From positions 1-39,180 of the forward strand of contig NW_014039724.1 in NCBI RefSeq assembly GCF_001186125.1: 39,180 nt of DNA, written 5' to 3'. The notes under the pieces were generated by a model, which searched no databases, was not told where the DNA came from, and worked only from the letters and a program-made list of their open reading frames with translations. This document shows positions 1-13,599 of the stretch, piece by piece; positions within the stretch are counted from its first letter, which is position 1; every line of letters starts with the position of its first letter. This stretch comes from Sphaeroforma arctica JP610 (Eukaryota). Both the position numbers and the translations under genes were made by a program.

Positions 1-899
1 TATATATGCAACGGAAATAACTGAACAAAGAGAGGAAATTCGCTAAGTCTAAAATTCGAGGACGAAGGAGGAAGAATTTTCTATACACACCTAGTTACAT
101 ACGAGACTAAGAGCGAACTGGATGCCATCGTTTGCTTACTTATGGCGTTTACTATTCGTGCACGATAGAAGGGGGGGGGGTGGGGTGGAACAGGCAAAGC
201 TACGTCGCCGGTGAAAAAAACCTACCAGAGCCCATGACGAACCTATTCTCTCTGGCGAATAACTCAAAATTTGCAATCCGAAAGAGATTGGTGGCAACCT
301 TTTTGCCTTGTTGATCATATTGCTTCATAACGTCGAATTCTGTGCCAAATAGAATATGCCGCCTACATCGGAAAACATGACCCTCTACTACTACTCGAAA
401 TATGGAAATAGGTGTGTGAGGGTGTGTGAGAGAGAGTGTTTGTGAGAGAGAGAGAGGTGGAACCGAGGTCGCACTTGGAACCCAAAAAAATATATAATAA
501 TATTTATCTGTCCCTCGAATTTCGCAAAGTTCGGTCCTTATTCTGTGCGTCTTAACCGGGTGTTGTCTTTTTCTTCCAAACTATGTATTTATTGTTATTT
601 TATTTACTGGGGTGGTAAAAGAAAACCCAATTGACAACCCGGAATGAGAGGAGACGCGAGGAAATGAAAATTGCGAATGATGATCAATCACCTGTAAGAT
701 GTTCTAGACAATCAATCAAGTGCGATTGCAAATTGGTTAAGTCAAATTTATATGTTACATATGTCCTTCTCTGAGTAAGCATTACTAACATGTCATATTA
801 TAAGCACCTAAATCCCATCATCATGTGCAAGATAAAAAAAGTGCACATTTACTAAATTATCTGATTCTTTGTTAACATCTATATGTATCATCCGTATGT

Positions 900-3600
900 A
901 TGTTAACTGAATATGGTGCATACAGAGCCATCAAAGAGAAAATTGCTGTTCCCTTCCAAAAGGGAGTGCCTTACAATGGGTGGGTACGGTTCGGGGTTCG
1001 TCACTTTATGCATACGGGAGGATGCTATCCTAGTGATCTCCAAGCTGCTGCTGCACATGCAGCAAGTGGTAAACTTTTCTCTTTTGATATTTTCGGAGTA
1101 CAGTTCAGAGCGCGACAATTGTTTTATCGTTGCAGCTATTATCAATCATCACAATTCACTAATGAAAGTTCCTCATTCCCTTTCACAGACTAAAAGTACT
1201 ATTTTTACCTTGTCGATGATACACCATTGCCCCACCAATGAATTCAAGAAGACTCTTATCAGATTGTATCCAGACAATGTTGTCATCACTGCGCAGACCG
1301 CCAGGTGTATCAAAGTCGTGTGTGATATATAAACAGCTAACAAAGATGATTTCTGCGTCTATCGCCTGCGTCATATATCTGCGTCTATTTCCTGCGTCGT
1401 ATATCTGCGTCTGTCGCCTACGTATTGCATCCATCCAGAGAGTGATCGCCTGGGGAGCAGAAACTGGTGAAAGAGACACTATTTTAGGCCAGATGAATTC
1501 TGTTTTGCCGGGGTACTATGAGAGATTCGCGCCATTCGCCAAAAAGGAACGGATACCTGATGATGTTACACAAAACTTTGTGGAAATGCAGGAATTTGAA
1601 GAAACAATGAACGCGTCAGTAGCCAGGGATGCGTGCCATCGCATTGTGATAAGTTGTTTTGTTTTGTTTTTTTGGAAATATGCCAATTTAATGCTTACAT
1701 ATTTAGAGTGTGCCAGCGACTTATTCTTGTGACTTATACATGCCTGCGACCCGTGCCTGCATCATATGCCTGCGACTTATGCCTGCCACTTTTATCTGTG
1801 ACTTATGCCTGTGACTTATGCATGCGACCCATGACTGCGACTTATGCCTGCGACTTATGCATGTGACTTATGCCTGCGACTTATAATTGTGACTTATGCC
1901 TGTGACTTGTGCCTGCGACATAATCTTGCCTTTGATCCGTGCCTTTTTCTTCTTGTCTGGTTTTAATTTGTTAAGGCACGGGATCCTTATCTGTTTGTAA
2001 GCAAACATGTACACGAGGTGATGGAAACTCTGAAAGGCAACTTCTACAGCAACTATACGATGAGGCAATCTTGTGCTAAATACGGGGAAATTATGTGTCT
2101 AGACACGCAACACAGGGGCAACAATAATTGAGGCTGGCAATTGACCATTCTAGTAGGACCAGGAACTGATGGCAAGATCAAACACTTTGGTGCTATGTTA
2201 TTCTATATAAGACTAAAGCCATCTATAAGTTTGCTCTCAATAGTTTACAAAATTCTTTGGGTCAAGGGCCAGGGGCGCTACTGCAGACGAGAGTCGTGTT
2301 TACAGCTGTCAGGTTCCTGAGTCAGGCCGATGTAAATCTAGGGCAGTTCTTTTTTTCAGACAGATATCATATCAAAATGAATATTCAAAAGAACATGGAG
2401 GGTCTCTATTGTGGTATTGTCCAGGAGAAGATACTAAAAGCCCTACGTGCAGGATCACAAGAAAGTTGTAAAAGGCACTTTCAAATTGCAATCCAGATAC
2501 TACGAATTAGAGACACAAACTCGACTACAAATTACATTACCAACCTTATAAACATGTCCAGACACCTTGCTGATTGAGGGCTCAACGATAAACTGACTTT
2601 GGGACCCAAACGTTCCCAGATGAGCGAGTCTACACGTGCGCAAGTCGAAAGTTAGTTCAAGAAGTTGAGACTGGATCCGCTTACCCTCACCATTGGCATT
2701 GCAGATATCTGCGGTCAGGTTCTAGTAGCGTGCAGAGCTGAGAAGGTGAAGTATGCAATGTAATATGGGTTGGTGTGTTATGGTAAGGATGACAGTCCAT
2801 CAAAATCTGAACCACTTTTTATTGCTCAATGTCGACAATGGAGTTCTTGGAGATGCCCCGAAATGTATATCGAAGAGGTGGCCAGGTCTGCAGGATACAG
2901 AGTGTGAAACACGCCAGTTCATGGAGATGACAGTCCGGTTTATTGCGTCGAATCCATTGATAATGTTGATGGACCCCAACGCTCTGTGAGATACAACGAA
3001 TATGAAGAATGGTAAGAATTGATTTGCATTTAGTTGTACGCACGGTTAAGTCGCAGTCATAGGAGGCAGGCATATGAGACAGGCATAGGACGCAGCAGGC
3101 ATAAGTTGCAGGCACGAGTTGCATGCTCACGACGCTACTGAAAATTCAAATTTTGTTATCATTATGTCTCGCCTTATTCTGTTATTTGTAACACTAAAAC
3201 TGCTAAAATATTCTGGTTCCAGGTTCACGTGCTCTTGTAAAGACTGGTTCATCTATGCCATGCCTTATAGACACCTTGCCATAGTGTGCTCCCACATAGG
3301 CCACCCGTTATTCAAGGAGTCTTATTTCCACGATCTTTTATAATTCAACATCGAGCAGCCCCCTGAGAAAGCTTGGCCCCATATCAACGCGGAAGGCTAT
3401 GTCAGTTCTGCGTTAGGAGGTATGCAGGCTGACAATTGATATAAAATGAAGGTTCCGATTATCAGAAACTGTGCTCTGGTGTATACAGTGGTGTACGTAA
3501 TAATGATCAGGTGAAGTTCCCTAAAGAACTGGCAGGAGTATTGGACCAGATGTTCCAGAAGCTTAACAATACAGATCACGGCAGGATAAGCTGGCCGCGA
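900..3600 (+). mobile_element. Degenerate Mutator/MULE-family DNA transposase (pseudogene, probably intron-containing) with SWIM zinc finger
   Basis: Manual translation from 2081 gives YGEIMCLDTQHRGNNN*GWQLTILVGPGTDGKIKHFGAMLF, resembling the MULE first catalytic Asp region (in-frame stop at 2129). ORF 2257-2577 has FFSDRYHIKMNIQK (CxxH-like MULE motif), ~2610 has SQMSES, and 3221-3290 has RFTCSCKDWFIYAMPYRH (SWIM CxC...[C]xH). Several stops/frameshifts. Termini not identified, so boundaries are approximate. Confidence 0.7.
1715..1920. repeat. ~14-bp degenerate tandem repeat (GACTTATGCCTGC-like)
   Basis: Repeated gacttatgcctgc/gacttatgcctgt units are directly visible; reverse-complement relatives occur at ~3050-3125. 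Confidence 0.85.
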
Positions 3601-5014
3601 TGGGCAACGGTTTGTTGAGATATTTTACATTACAAAGAGGGGAAGAGGGCCCCCCTAGCAGTCTTTTCGAGGGGCCCGAGACCATACCACGTCAGCCTTG
3701 AGTACAACAAAACAAACGTATGCATGTAACGGAGCTAAAGCTGTAAGATTCGGTCTAATAAAGGCGATACTAATGCCTTAGAATAAATAAACACGTAGGT
3801 AAATTCTGAATATCGTGTAAATATCGATATAAATAAACGAAATGAGACGTTTAATAAAGTTGGGTTTGCCTCGTGAAAACAGCAATACTCTGAGGGATTG
3901 TTAGGCTGAGACATTGCCTATATATAATCCTCTCAGTACTGTTTCCGCCGAAGGGATTTTATTTAGTGTTTCGTTGTCGCTCTATTCTGGGGCGTATCCG
4001 AGAGACTCATAAAATCCTATTTTTAGGAAAATAAATATAAAAAGAAAAATACTCTTGATGTCCTTAGTTATTGTCTTAACCAATAGCATGCCACTTATCA
4101 AGAATTACCGACTTAGCCTTCATCAGACTGGCACATCTGGTTGGCTGATCGGAGGATCAATCAGGTAACGTTAATGGTCCCTAGAAACCTATATTCGGTT
4201 GAGCCATCTCGCTACCGAAGTATTCAGATATAAATAAAGTTGGAAAGTTATCTTAGTTCTATTAATAGAACCAGACCAACTCTTATGTTTGGTATTTTAA
4301 TGAGGCCTTTTAATGGTCTCGTCCAAATATCTGATATGTAAAATGGAAAAGGTATTAAATAATAAAACCATTAAAAACTATTTTAGGAAACTTAAGTTCT
4401 CGTACTATTAAGAACACATTTAGGAAACTTAAGTTCCTCGTACTATAAAGAATACGTTTATAAATTACGTACTGCTTAAGAGTACGTTTATAACATAGAG
4501 TCTAATGTGGAGGCTCGGCTTATTACATGAGTGCGTGCAAGTAATATATGCGAGTGAGACAGCGAATGACTACAATTTACACAAACGGTATGATATATGA
4601 AATAATACACAGCACACCATACCTGTAGATCACAAACTCTTCTTCCTTGCTTACTCAATCGACAACTCTGAGAGTGGTGGAAAAAAAATATTCACATTGT
4701 TGTTACATTCTTTCGACAGATGATGAATACTACATACCTAGGTACATCGTACCCATATGCCAAACCATGCCGGTTCAACAGTGGCACATCGTTCTTTCCC
4801 CTGCGAAAATGATAAATATATCTCGACGGCATGTCTCATTTATACATTCCATATAATAGGTTTTTATTATTATTATTATTAAAAGTGCCGGTTGAATTGT
4901 ATTGCACAGTAGGTAAGTTAAATAAAACTATTACTACTCAGTCATTCCGTTACTTTGTAACTCTCTCCGCAGGTATGATAATAAAAACATTTGTATACTT
5001 AACCGTAAACCCCT

Positions 5015-5220
5015 TGGGCGCAGGCGACAGCGTCAGACTTGGCGGTCGCAGGCGTCAGCGTCAGACTTAACGGGCGCAGGCGAGAGCGTCAAGTTTAGCA
5101 GTTGCAGGCGACAGCGTCAGAATTAGTGGTCGCAATTTTAAGTCACAATTTTAACGCGTCAGCCGAGTGTCGCAGTCATGGTGATTGCAAACCCAAATCG
5201 TAATCATAGTGGTCGCAGTC
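5015..5220. repeat. Degenerate ~25-30-bp tandem repeat (GCAGGCGACAGCGTCAGACTT-like)
   Basis: Units gcgcaggcgacagcgtcagactt / gcaggcgagagcgtcaag / gcaggcgacagcgtcagaatt are visible. Confidence 0.75.
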
Positions 5221-6578
5221 TCCAAAAAAAAGATAATTTAACTTTTGGCGCGTACTGTATTGCATAGTAACTTTATTCTAAGGTTTACGATACAAGCAGT
5301 CTTTAGTCCTCTTCGCCCTTCTGTTCCTAATAGCCTTAGTGAAAGTCCGAACTCTAACGCTGGACGTGAACTGCTTTTATAGTCCGCCGGGACCTATCTC
5401 TATCTATTCCCGAACGAACTTGTATTACTCACATCCTAGGCTATGACCAGTAACTATGATATTCGTAGTGAGAGGGAAAGGCATGGGCCTAGAAACCCCT
5501 CTGCTACGATGTTCTCGAGCTTTCTCATGGAGTCATCGCCTACGTATGTTCGTAGACACTTTGCGCTGTTCGTGAATATACGTAGACACTATAAGTATGA
5601 CCCATACAGTATGACACTCAAAATCATCAGGGCCTGGTTAAAAAACCTAATATGATTGGACCCTGAAATAAAAACCCAATATGAATTTCCGGAAACATGA
5701 CTCATCATTCAGAACCCGCCAAAAATCAGGGTACCGAAGAGTCTCGATACACGCCCACCAGCCTAAGGATGTGCAGGTGCTAAGCGCTTCTGGCGTCCAT
5801 TGTTCTCATTATTGACAAAATGACGGATGCCCTTATTGTATGACTTGAACCGATCCCACGACTTTGGAAATTTCTCCATGAAGTCTTCCTTAACATCCTC
5901 TGGGTCCAAATGCTCCGACATCACTGAGCGATATTTCTGCAGAGTGGTCAAGAGCTGCGACGAATATTTACTAGAACCACACTTCCCCAGACTTCGTTCC
6001 AATATATTGCTCGAATTGCTCAGCAACAGTCTGAAACCATTCAAATGTGTGCAAGTACTATTTCAAGGTAGCTAGTACAATGTACATACTACATATTTAC
6101 TATCGTAATAAGCATTTATATAAACGTTATTATAAATATAAAAGACCAAACTTGAACGAAAGTAGGATTTGGGATTTTGGGATTGATTTGAAACGTCTAA
6201 GTTTTTACCAAAAAAACCCCCCCCGAACCGTGAAGTGTGGAGTGTGGACTCACCGGGCGTGACCATCAGCAGTCAAAGCGTGAAAGACTGAAAACTATAT
6301 AATTTTCCTGATAAAATATTACAAATTTAAATTGAGCTTTTCTGATTGGTGTAGTGACAAATAGTGTTCCTAACAATCACAGTTTTTAAATCTGGAAGTT
6401 AAAAAGAACATATATATTGACATACGTATTTACATAGTGCGTTCTATATCAATATCTCAGGAATATTTATTTACATATTTGTGGTATATGAAAGTGTAGA
6501 CGAAGTCTATATTATAGCGCAGGCGACTACTGGAATCGACAGAAACCGTTCAGACTTAATACTAAATATAACACTATA

Positions 6579-7141
6579 ATGGATAGTCCTCAGGTCGATC
6601 ACGCGTTCAAGCTTCTGCTGATAGGAGATAGGTAATTGATACAAATACAGTGTGTGGAGTTAGTGAGTGTGCCGAGGCAAACTGCTGAGTATGCTGTTGG
6701 TGTAATATGTTTTATAGTGAGCAACGCAAATTAAAGGCTTGTTTATTTTTTCTCTCTATTGTAGTGTTTATGGATATGACCTCATGCATTTAACGCATCT
6801 GCCTGTTTATTACTTGTACGTACTGTCTTCACGTTGTATGTACCGCAAATCACTCAATGTACTGATTCGAAATAATCGTCGACTGGTAGCTACGTCAAGG
6901 TTGCTGACATACCATTCCCTTTTTGATAGTATACCAATTCGAATGAAAAACGTCATTGCCAGAATATACCTATCTTCGCAATCATTTTATGCGTGGACGT
7001 GCATTGTGGCTCCAGTTTTACAGAAACTTCTTTTATACTGAGCAACATATGTACGCGCGAGTATGCAGAATGTATTGATATATCTACTCTCTCACACATG
7101 CTTGATATTTATATATATATGTATATATATGTATATATATA

Positions 7142-7191
<50 letters not shown>

Positions 7192-7398
7192 TATATGAGA
7201 TNNNNNNNNNNNNNNNNNNNNTATTTATATATATATGTGTGTGTGTGTGTGTATCAATATATCTGTATATCTATATAGATATATTAATGTATATATATAT
7301 ATATATATACGTAAATATATATATATATATACATGTGTGTGTGTGTTGTGAGTGTATGTGTATGTGTATGTGTGTGTGTGTCTGTACGTATTGGTATT

Positions 7399-7462
<64 letters not shown>

Positions 7463-9701
7463 CGTATAAGATTCCCATGTATATATATATAGCGTTTAGG
7501 ATGTCATGATTGATGAAAGAGATACAAATTTGTCTATGATTACACAAATCTGTGTTTTTTTGTGGACTTAGCACACACAACTCTAATCTGAAACTGTGCC
7601 TGTTAGGGGTTTAAGAGTATATCATAGAGACGGACACAGATACGTATATATTTGTAGTGACGAGTTTTGTAGTGGGCCGCATACATAGGTACATGTAGAT
7701 ATCTAAATGTGCTTTTTAATATATAGAATCCACAAACGGACACATATACATTCATATATGTAGTCGTGAGGTTTTGTACACATACGTGCTCGCATGCATA
7801 AACATCTGTAGTCCCGAGTTTACCTATTAAGCGACATATACGGGTACATATATACATCTAAATGTACATTAAATAGTCAGAAACCACAAACGGACACACA
7901 CACATGCATATTGGTAGTCACGAAATACAAAGGTACATGTACCTCTACCCCGGGTTAGTGTACTTCCGTACATATTTTGTATATCAATACTTGTATTGTA
8001 CTGTTAAATACACTTCGGAGTTTTATTCGCAATGTGTGTGTGCCTTGCTCGGCCTGTTCATGCGGAAGTCCTTAGATAGTCTTGAACTCATTTCAAGTGT
8101 ACAGGCACGCCGGCATTTTGTTATTTTTCATATCACAACAGTAATATAATAGTTACCCAACCCAAACCTCATTCAATATCAGAACACTGTTGTAATCGCT
8201 ACGGCGCAACAGTATTGTACTTTGTTTTTGTTTTTCTCTCTGAGGTGCATGGTGCTATATTCCCTTAGTTTCGCAAGCACGTATCTAATACACTGAATTA
8301 CAGTTCCAATTCTAAATTCAATTTCAATTCCGATTGCAATTTGATCTTCCGCCCCAATTGTGCCCGGACTTTGAGCTTAGCACCAGATCAAGTCACACTA
8401 TGATTTGGCGTTTACTTATGCTATCAATATACCCTTCCTTTCACTCACAAACTGGCTCCATATAAATCATATCATGACGTTCACTAATGATAGCCTGATG
8501 TATCTTTTTCATTCACAAAACAAGCTCTTTATATACATTATGTCAACCACTGATGATCCCAAACGGGTTTTTTTATTATTATTTTTTTACGTGCAGTGGC
8601 ACTGGTAAGTCCAGTCTGTTGGTACGATTTACCGATGGTGTGTTCGATGAAGATCTAGGGCCGACTGTGGGGGTCGACTTCAAGGTCAAGATGCTGGAAG
8701 TGGGAGACGATAAAAACTGCAAACTCTCCATTTGGGTAAGGTTCTATATGCTATCTATGTCTGTGTGCGGCACACTGCCTGATACATGTATATATGTCTT
8801 GTGCTACATTCGTGAGGAATGACTGTTGACACCGACTCAGTTGTATATAAAGTATTCTATGTGTGTCGATGTGCACTTTTTCATATCTGACAGCAAAACA
8901 GTGGCCATGTGTGCACAGTTAAGTGGCAGCTGTTGCCATATTGCGTCCTAATTCCATTGACACGCATCTCTCAGATATGCACACATTCAGCTTTGTGTGC
9001 ATGAGAGGTCACCCTGTATCGCGTGAATCTGTTATCGCAACCACTGGATAGCCTGGCCAGCCTTTGGAACGCCTGTAGTCTGTTGTATCGTATGTTAATG
9101 ATGCTGTAGTAGTAGTATAGGCTATTGCAGGCGCTTGGCAGTATACGTCCTCTCTCAGTCAGCATCACCCGTGGTATTTGATGGTATTTTTGAATATAAT
9201 TAAATACTGTATGTTCTTATTTTCACTTTTGCACATATACACACATGCTGAAATCCATACGAGGATATGTACATATGGATACACACACACACTCCTCTAG
9301 ACTGATAAGTGTGATCACAAGTTTACATACATCCACTTTTACGTTCATATGCTGCTAGTCTTCATATATATATGTATATATATATATGAACCCTCATCAC
9401 CCCCACACGAATTAATCAATACGCTATGCTCACAGGATACCGCAGGACAAGAGCGTTTTAGAACACTAACAGCCAGTTACTACCGTGGAGCTCACGGAGT
9501 CATATTCAGTAAGTCGTCCACGGAAACACGTATAGATATATAGATATTGATATATATATATATATATATATGTATGTCTCTTGGTGTGTCTTGCTATATT
9601 TGTATATCTCTATATATATCTATATATCTATATAATTTCGATACATTATATATATATGTGTGTGTATCTGTGTCTGTAATATAAATGTATATATATGTAT
9701 G

Positions 9702-9734
<33 letters not shown>

Positions 9735-12700
9735 TTATGCATATGTGCCTGTGTTTTGTGTATGTATACATGTATGCATTTAAATGTGTGTATATTTTGT
9801 CATATGCCCGAATGTACTGATTTTAACGCGGATATTATCAAATGTGCGCGTCTTGGAATACTTTTACCTATCAGTCGATTTGCCACACACGCACATGACC
9901 TGCTTCCATGTATATCTTGGTATATTTACTTCAACTACACCCCATTCATCATGTTATCAATCTTACGCGATGCAACACTTTCACTTGCCTGTTTGAGCTA
10001 TACGAGGGTATATGATTCCAAGGGCATTGGTCTGTGCTAAAAGCAACACACGCTTCTATCTTATGTATAATTGGCACATTCGTACGAATTTTTAGCTGGT
10101 CTTTTCATGCCTACAAGCATACGTTCGGGTTTGTATGTGTTCTTAAGTGTATTTTAGTACTAGACTCGCATGTCCATGCACATAGCTAAACGCAGCTTGC
10201 TGTCCTATTGAACCCCCGCACTATCGAGTACAATGGGCTACCGGCCCCACACTCGCTTCGATGTATATACAACCCATGAACATTGGATCAAAACACTGTG
10301 TTAAACCGTGACCCCATATGTGCTTTGTTTATCCGATCGATTCGCTTCAGTGTACGACATAACTCGAGAAGACACGTTCACCAACATTGAGGGATGGCTT
10401 CAGGAACTAGTACAATACTCCAATGGCGAGAATGTAGCCAAGATGCTAGTGGGAAACAAGATTGATAGGGTATGTACGACCTTGTCTGTGTGAGCTCTGA
10501 TATGGTTCATAACGTTATGTCTAGAGACGTACACAAACCTATTCATATGCATGTATTGTATATGTTTGAGTTTCTATTAGATAAGTATCTCACAAGACAA
10601 CACCCCGCCCTTAAACCAAGTGTGCAATCGGCATGCGCGTGCTTCCCGATTGTCGCGACATGGGTAAACCTCCAATGCCTAAACCCTGGAATCGTTACAT
10701 GAATGTATCTCCTTGCGTATGTGATAGGTACTCTGATGTGAACATAATTAGACGTAAATAGACTATAAGCACTACGAATCCGGAATTTAACATCACAGAT
10801 ATCCTCAATGTGTATATACACGTGTGTGTCCCTACAGAATACATACATGGTACCATTGATATCCTACCTGTATCACCATGACAGGTATCCTCAATATGTA
10901 TATACACGTGTGTGACCCTATAGAATGCATGTATGCTACCATTGATATCTTACCTGTATTACCATCTCTTTCTCCCAATGTGTATATACACGTGTGTGAC
11001 CCTATAGAATACATGCATGGTACCACTGATATCTTACCTGTATTACCATCACTTTCTCCCAATATGTATATAAACGTGTGTGACCTTTTAGAATGCATGT
11101 ATGCTACGATTGATATCTTACATGTACTACCATCACTTTCTCCCAACGTGTATATACACGCGTGTGACCCTATAGAATGCATGCATACTGCCATTGATAT
11201 CGTACCTGTATCGCCATTGCTTTCTCAGGAAGATGAGCGGGAAGTGTCTGCGGAAGACGCGGAAAAAATGGCAAAGAAACACAACATGATGTTTATAGAG
11301 ACGAGTGCGAAGACGGATGTGGGCGTCAAACAGGCGTTCGAGGAACTCGTACAAAAGGTATTATATCCATCCAGCCAGTGACTGCAATGTTTGTTGTACC
11401 TTGTGATGTTCATGGAATGTTAATTGTAACATATGATGTTCATGGAATGTAACATGTGATGCTCATGGAATGTTAATTATATCACGTGATATTTATGGAG
11501 CGTTAATTGTAACATGTGTAGTTCATGGAATGTACATTGTACCATATGATGTTCATGGAATATTAATTGTAGTATGTGAGGTTCATGGAATGTTATTTGT
11601 AACATGTGATATTTATGGAGTGTTAATTGTAACATGTGTAGTTCATGGAATGTACATTGTACCATATGATGTTCATGGAATATTAATTGTAGTATGTGAG
11701 GTTCATGGAATGTTATTTGTAACATGTGATATTTATGGAGTGTTAATTGTAACATGTGTAGTTCATGGAATGTACATTGTACCATATGATGTTCATGGAA
11801 TATTAATTGTAGTATGTGAGGTTCATGGAATGTTATTTGCAACATGTGATATTTATGGAATGTTAATTGTAACATGTGTTGTTCATAGAATGTACATTGT
11901 ACCATACGATGTTCATGGAATGTTAGTTGTAGCATGTTATGTTCATGGAATGTTTATTGTATCATGTAATACTCATATAATGCTTATTGTAACATGTGAT
12001 GAATATCTTAGAAAATCTTGTGCAGAGAATACATTACACATTTCCGCTTTTGATTTTTGAGTGCGTGTTCTATTACATCCAGCAATTGCCCTCAATGTAC
12101 ATCGCATTACATCTGGCTATTGGGTTTAATGTTTTTTTTTAGTATATCGATCATTTGCCCTCAATATAGAATTAATGTTTAACCTGTACTTGCCATTGAA
12201 CGATGTAGTAATATATTGGATCCTTCCCGCAGGTAAATATATGTAAATAATCATTTGGTACAGAGTAGACGATGAATAGTTCTTCAGGTTTCGGACATAC
12301 CCTTGTACTATAATATCGCCTTTGAAAATGTGCAACCCATATTTCTCCCAATCTGAAACTGAGTGATTGCAATTTATATGTATATCATCGAACTTCTTGG
12401 TATCATTAGATTGTTGTTCTACGGTTGATTGTAAAATTTTCCCGTGGCAATTATCGTATTGTAGGTTCTAGTGCTGTTTGCAGCTGTCACTGATCATGAA
12501 TATACTTGTCATTCTATCTTTATGTGATTGTTGCATAATAAGCATACGGCAAAATCAGGCACGCCTACAATCTACATTCTGGTACAGTATTTCAGACTTC
12601 AAATAAGATATATCAGTGTATATGGCGATTCTGATTCTGTTCCAGATCCTATCATCATCACTTGTTGAGTGCATTCCGGTACTTTATTGGTAACTTCACT

Positions 12701-13001
12701 TCTGTCTATCACGCTGCAAATTGCTTACGTGTCTACATTCTGTTATCGTATTCTAGACTTGTGACTCGTGTACCAGTATATAGATGCTGAATATGTTCCT
12801 GGCTGAATGCGTTGTATTTTCTAACTTCTATGGTAAAACGTGTACTGTACCTTCTGATACATTTTTTTAATTTCGCTCATGATCGTCCCACTGCAGATTT
12901 TAGACATGCCTTCTACCACCGAGGGTACTGACGGTACTAAAGGTGTAACGTTAGGGGATCAACCTGACGAAGAAACCTCCAAATCTGGCGGATGCTGTTG
13001 A
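6579..13001 (+). CDS. RAB18: Rab18 small GTPase, 6 exons: 6579-6631, 8597-8735, 9436-9508, 10351-10469, 11229-11357, 12897-13001 (618 nt, 205 aa)
   Basis: All introns are GT-AG with consistent phases. Spliced protein [32 protein letters not shown]...[10 protein letters not shown]...[22 protein letters not shown]...LVGNKID...[23 protein letters not shown]...SGGCC*. It contains G1-G5 boxes, Rab18-type RFRTLTxSYYRGA and FEELVxKI, and a C-terminal CC geranylgeranylation motif. Confidence 0.93.
7100..7490. repeat. (TA)n/(TG)n microsatellite tract in Rab18 intron 1, containing assembly gap 7202-7221
   Basis: Directly visible dinucleotide runs and N gap. Confidence 0.95.
10797..11228. repeat. ~87-90-bp tandem repeat (~4.7 copies) ending at the Rab18 exon 5 acceptor
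   Basis: Unit caatgtgtatatacacgtgtgtgaccctatagaatgcatgtatgctaccattgatatcttacctgtattaccatcactttctcc recurs; the last copy ends ...ctttctcag at 11228. Confidence 0.92.
11390..12000. repeat. 30-bp minisatellite with 120-bp higher-order repeat in Rab18 intron 5
   Basis: Unit gatgttcatggaatgttaattgtaacatgt. Lines 11521/11641/11761 and 11581/11701 are identical, giving 120-bp periodicity. Confidence 0.95.
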
Positions 13002-13599
13002 ATGCAACATATAAGGCACATACTGATCTATCTATATATATATATATATATATATATATGTTCACGTATCTCATTATGATAGATACATACAAATAAATAC
13101 ATANATATATGTATATTATATGTATANNNNNNNNNNNNNNNNNNNNAGTTTATATTTGGGCTTTCACAGGTATTTACATCTTTACAATCATTTGACTATG
13201 CCTATTCTATTGGAGGCAGCTCCAGGAGGTGTGTGGATTGGTGGATATTTTCAACCTAGCTGCCTGTGTGCAGAGACTAGCTACGCTCATGTATATACGT
13301 GCGCTGGCGAGGGTACAGAGTTGAAACTAGACATTGACTAAACATAGAATTATATAGATACGCGGGAACTAATTGCACACGTGCTTTTTATGTGTACCTT
13401 GGCGCCAGTTGGTGCGCGTCCGTAAACTCCAATTTATTCGGTGGTATCTTACAAAAGTATATGGATGGCAGAGGTGAAAGGGTGAGAAGGAAACGTATGC
13501 ACCTCATAAGGTTTATATGCCACAAATTGTGAGCTACTGATAAATAGTTGATTATCCAATAGTATTGTACAATTAGTGATCCACTTTACTAGTTCTACT

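Noticed and set aside
3613..4495. Possible solo LTR (TGTT...AACA, AT-rich, internal repeats near 4380-4495)
   Set aside because: No target-site duplication (cggtt vs tagag) and no second copy in the window, so it is unsupported.
5763..6075. 93-aa (-) and 82-aa (+) ORFs upstream of Rab18
   Set aside because: No recognisable motif or splice chain; cannot be supported as a gene.
6993..7580. Y/I/C/V-rich ORFs (also at 9660, 31766, 34279, 37659)
   Set aside because: Translations of (TA)n/(TG)n microsatellites.
10878..11228. N-terminal repeat extension of ORF 10878-11381
   Set aside because: Intronic 90-bp repeat read in frame with exon 5; the real acceptor is at 11228.
11470..12060. 196-aa and 152-aa repetitive ORFs on both strands
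   Set aside because: By-products of a 30-bp minisatellite inside Rab18 intron 5.
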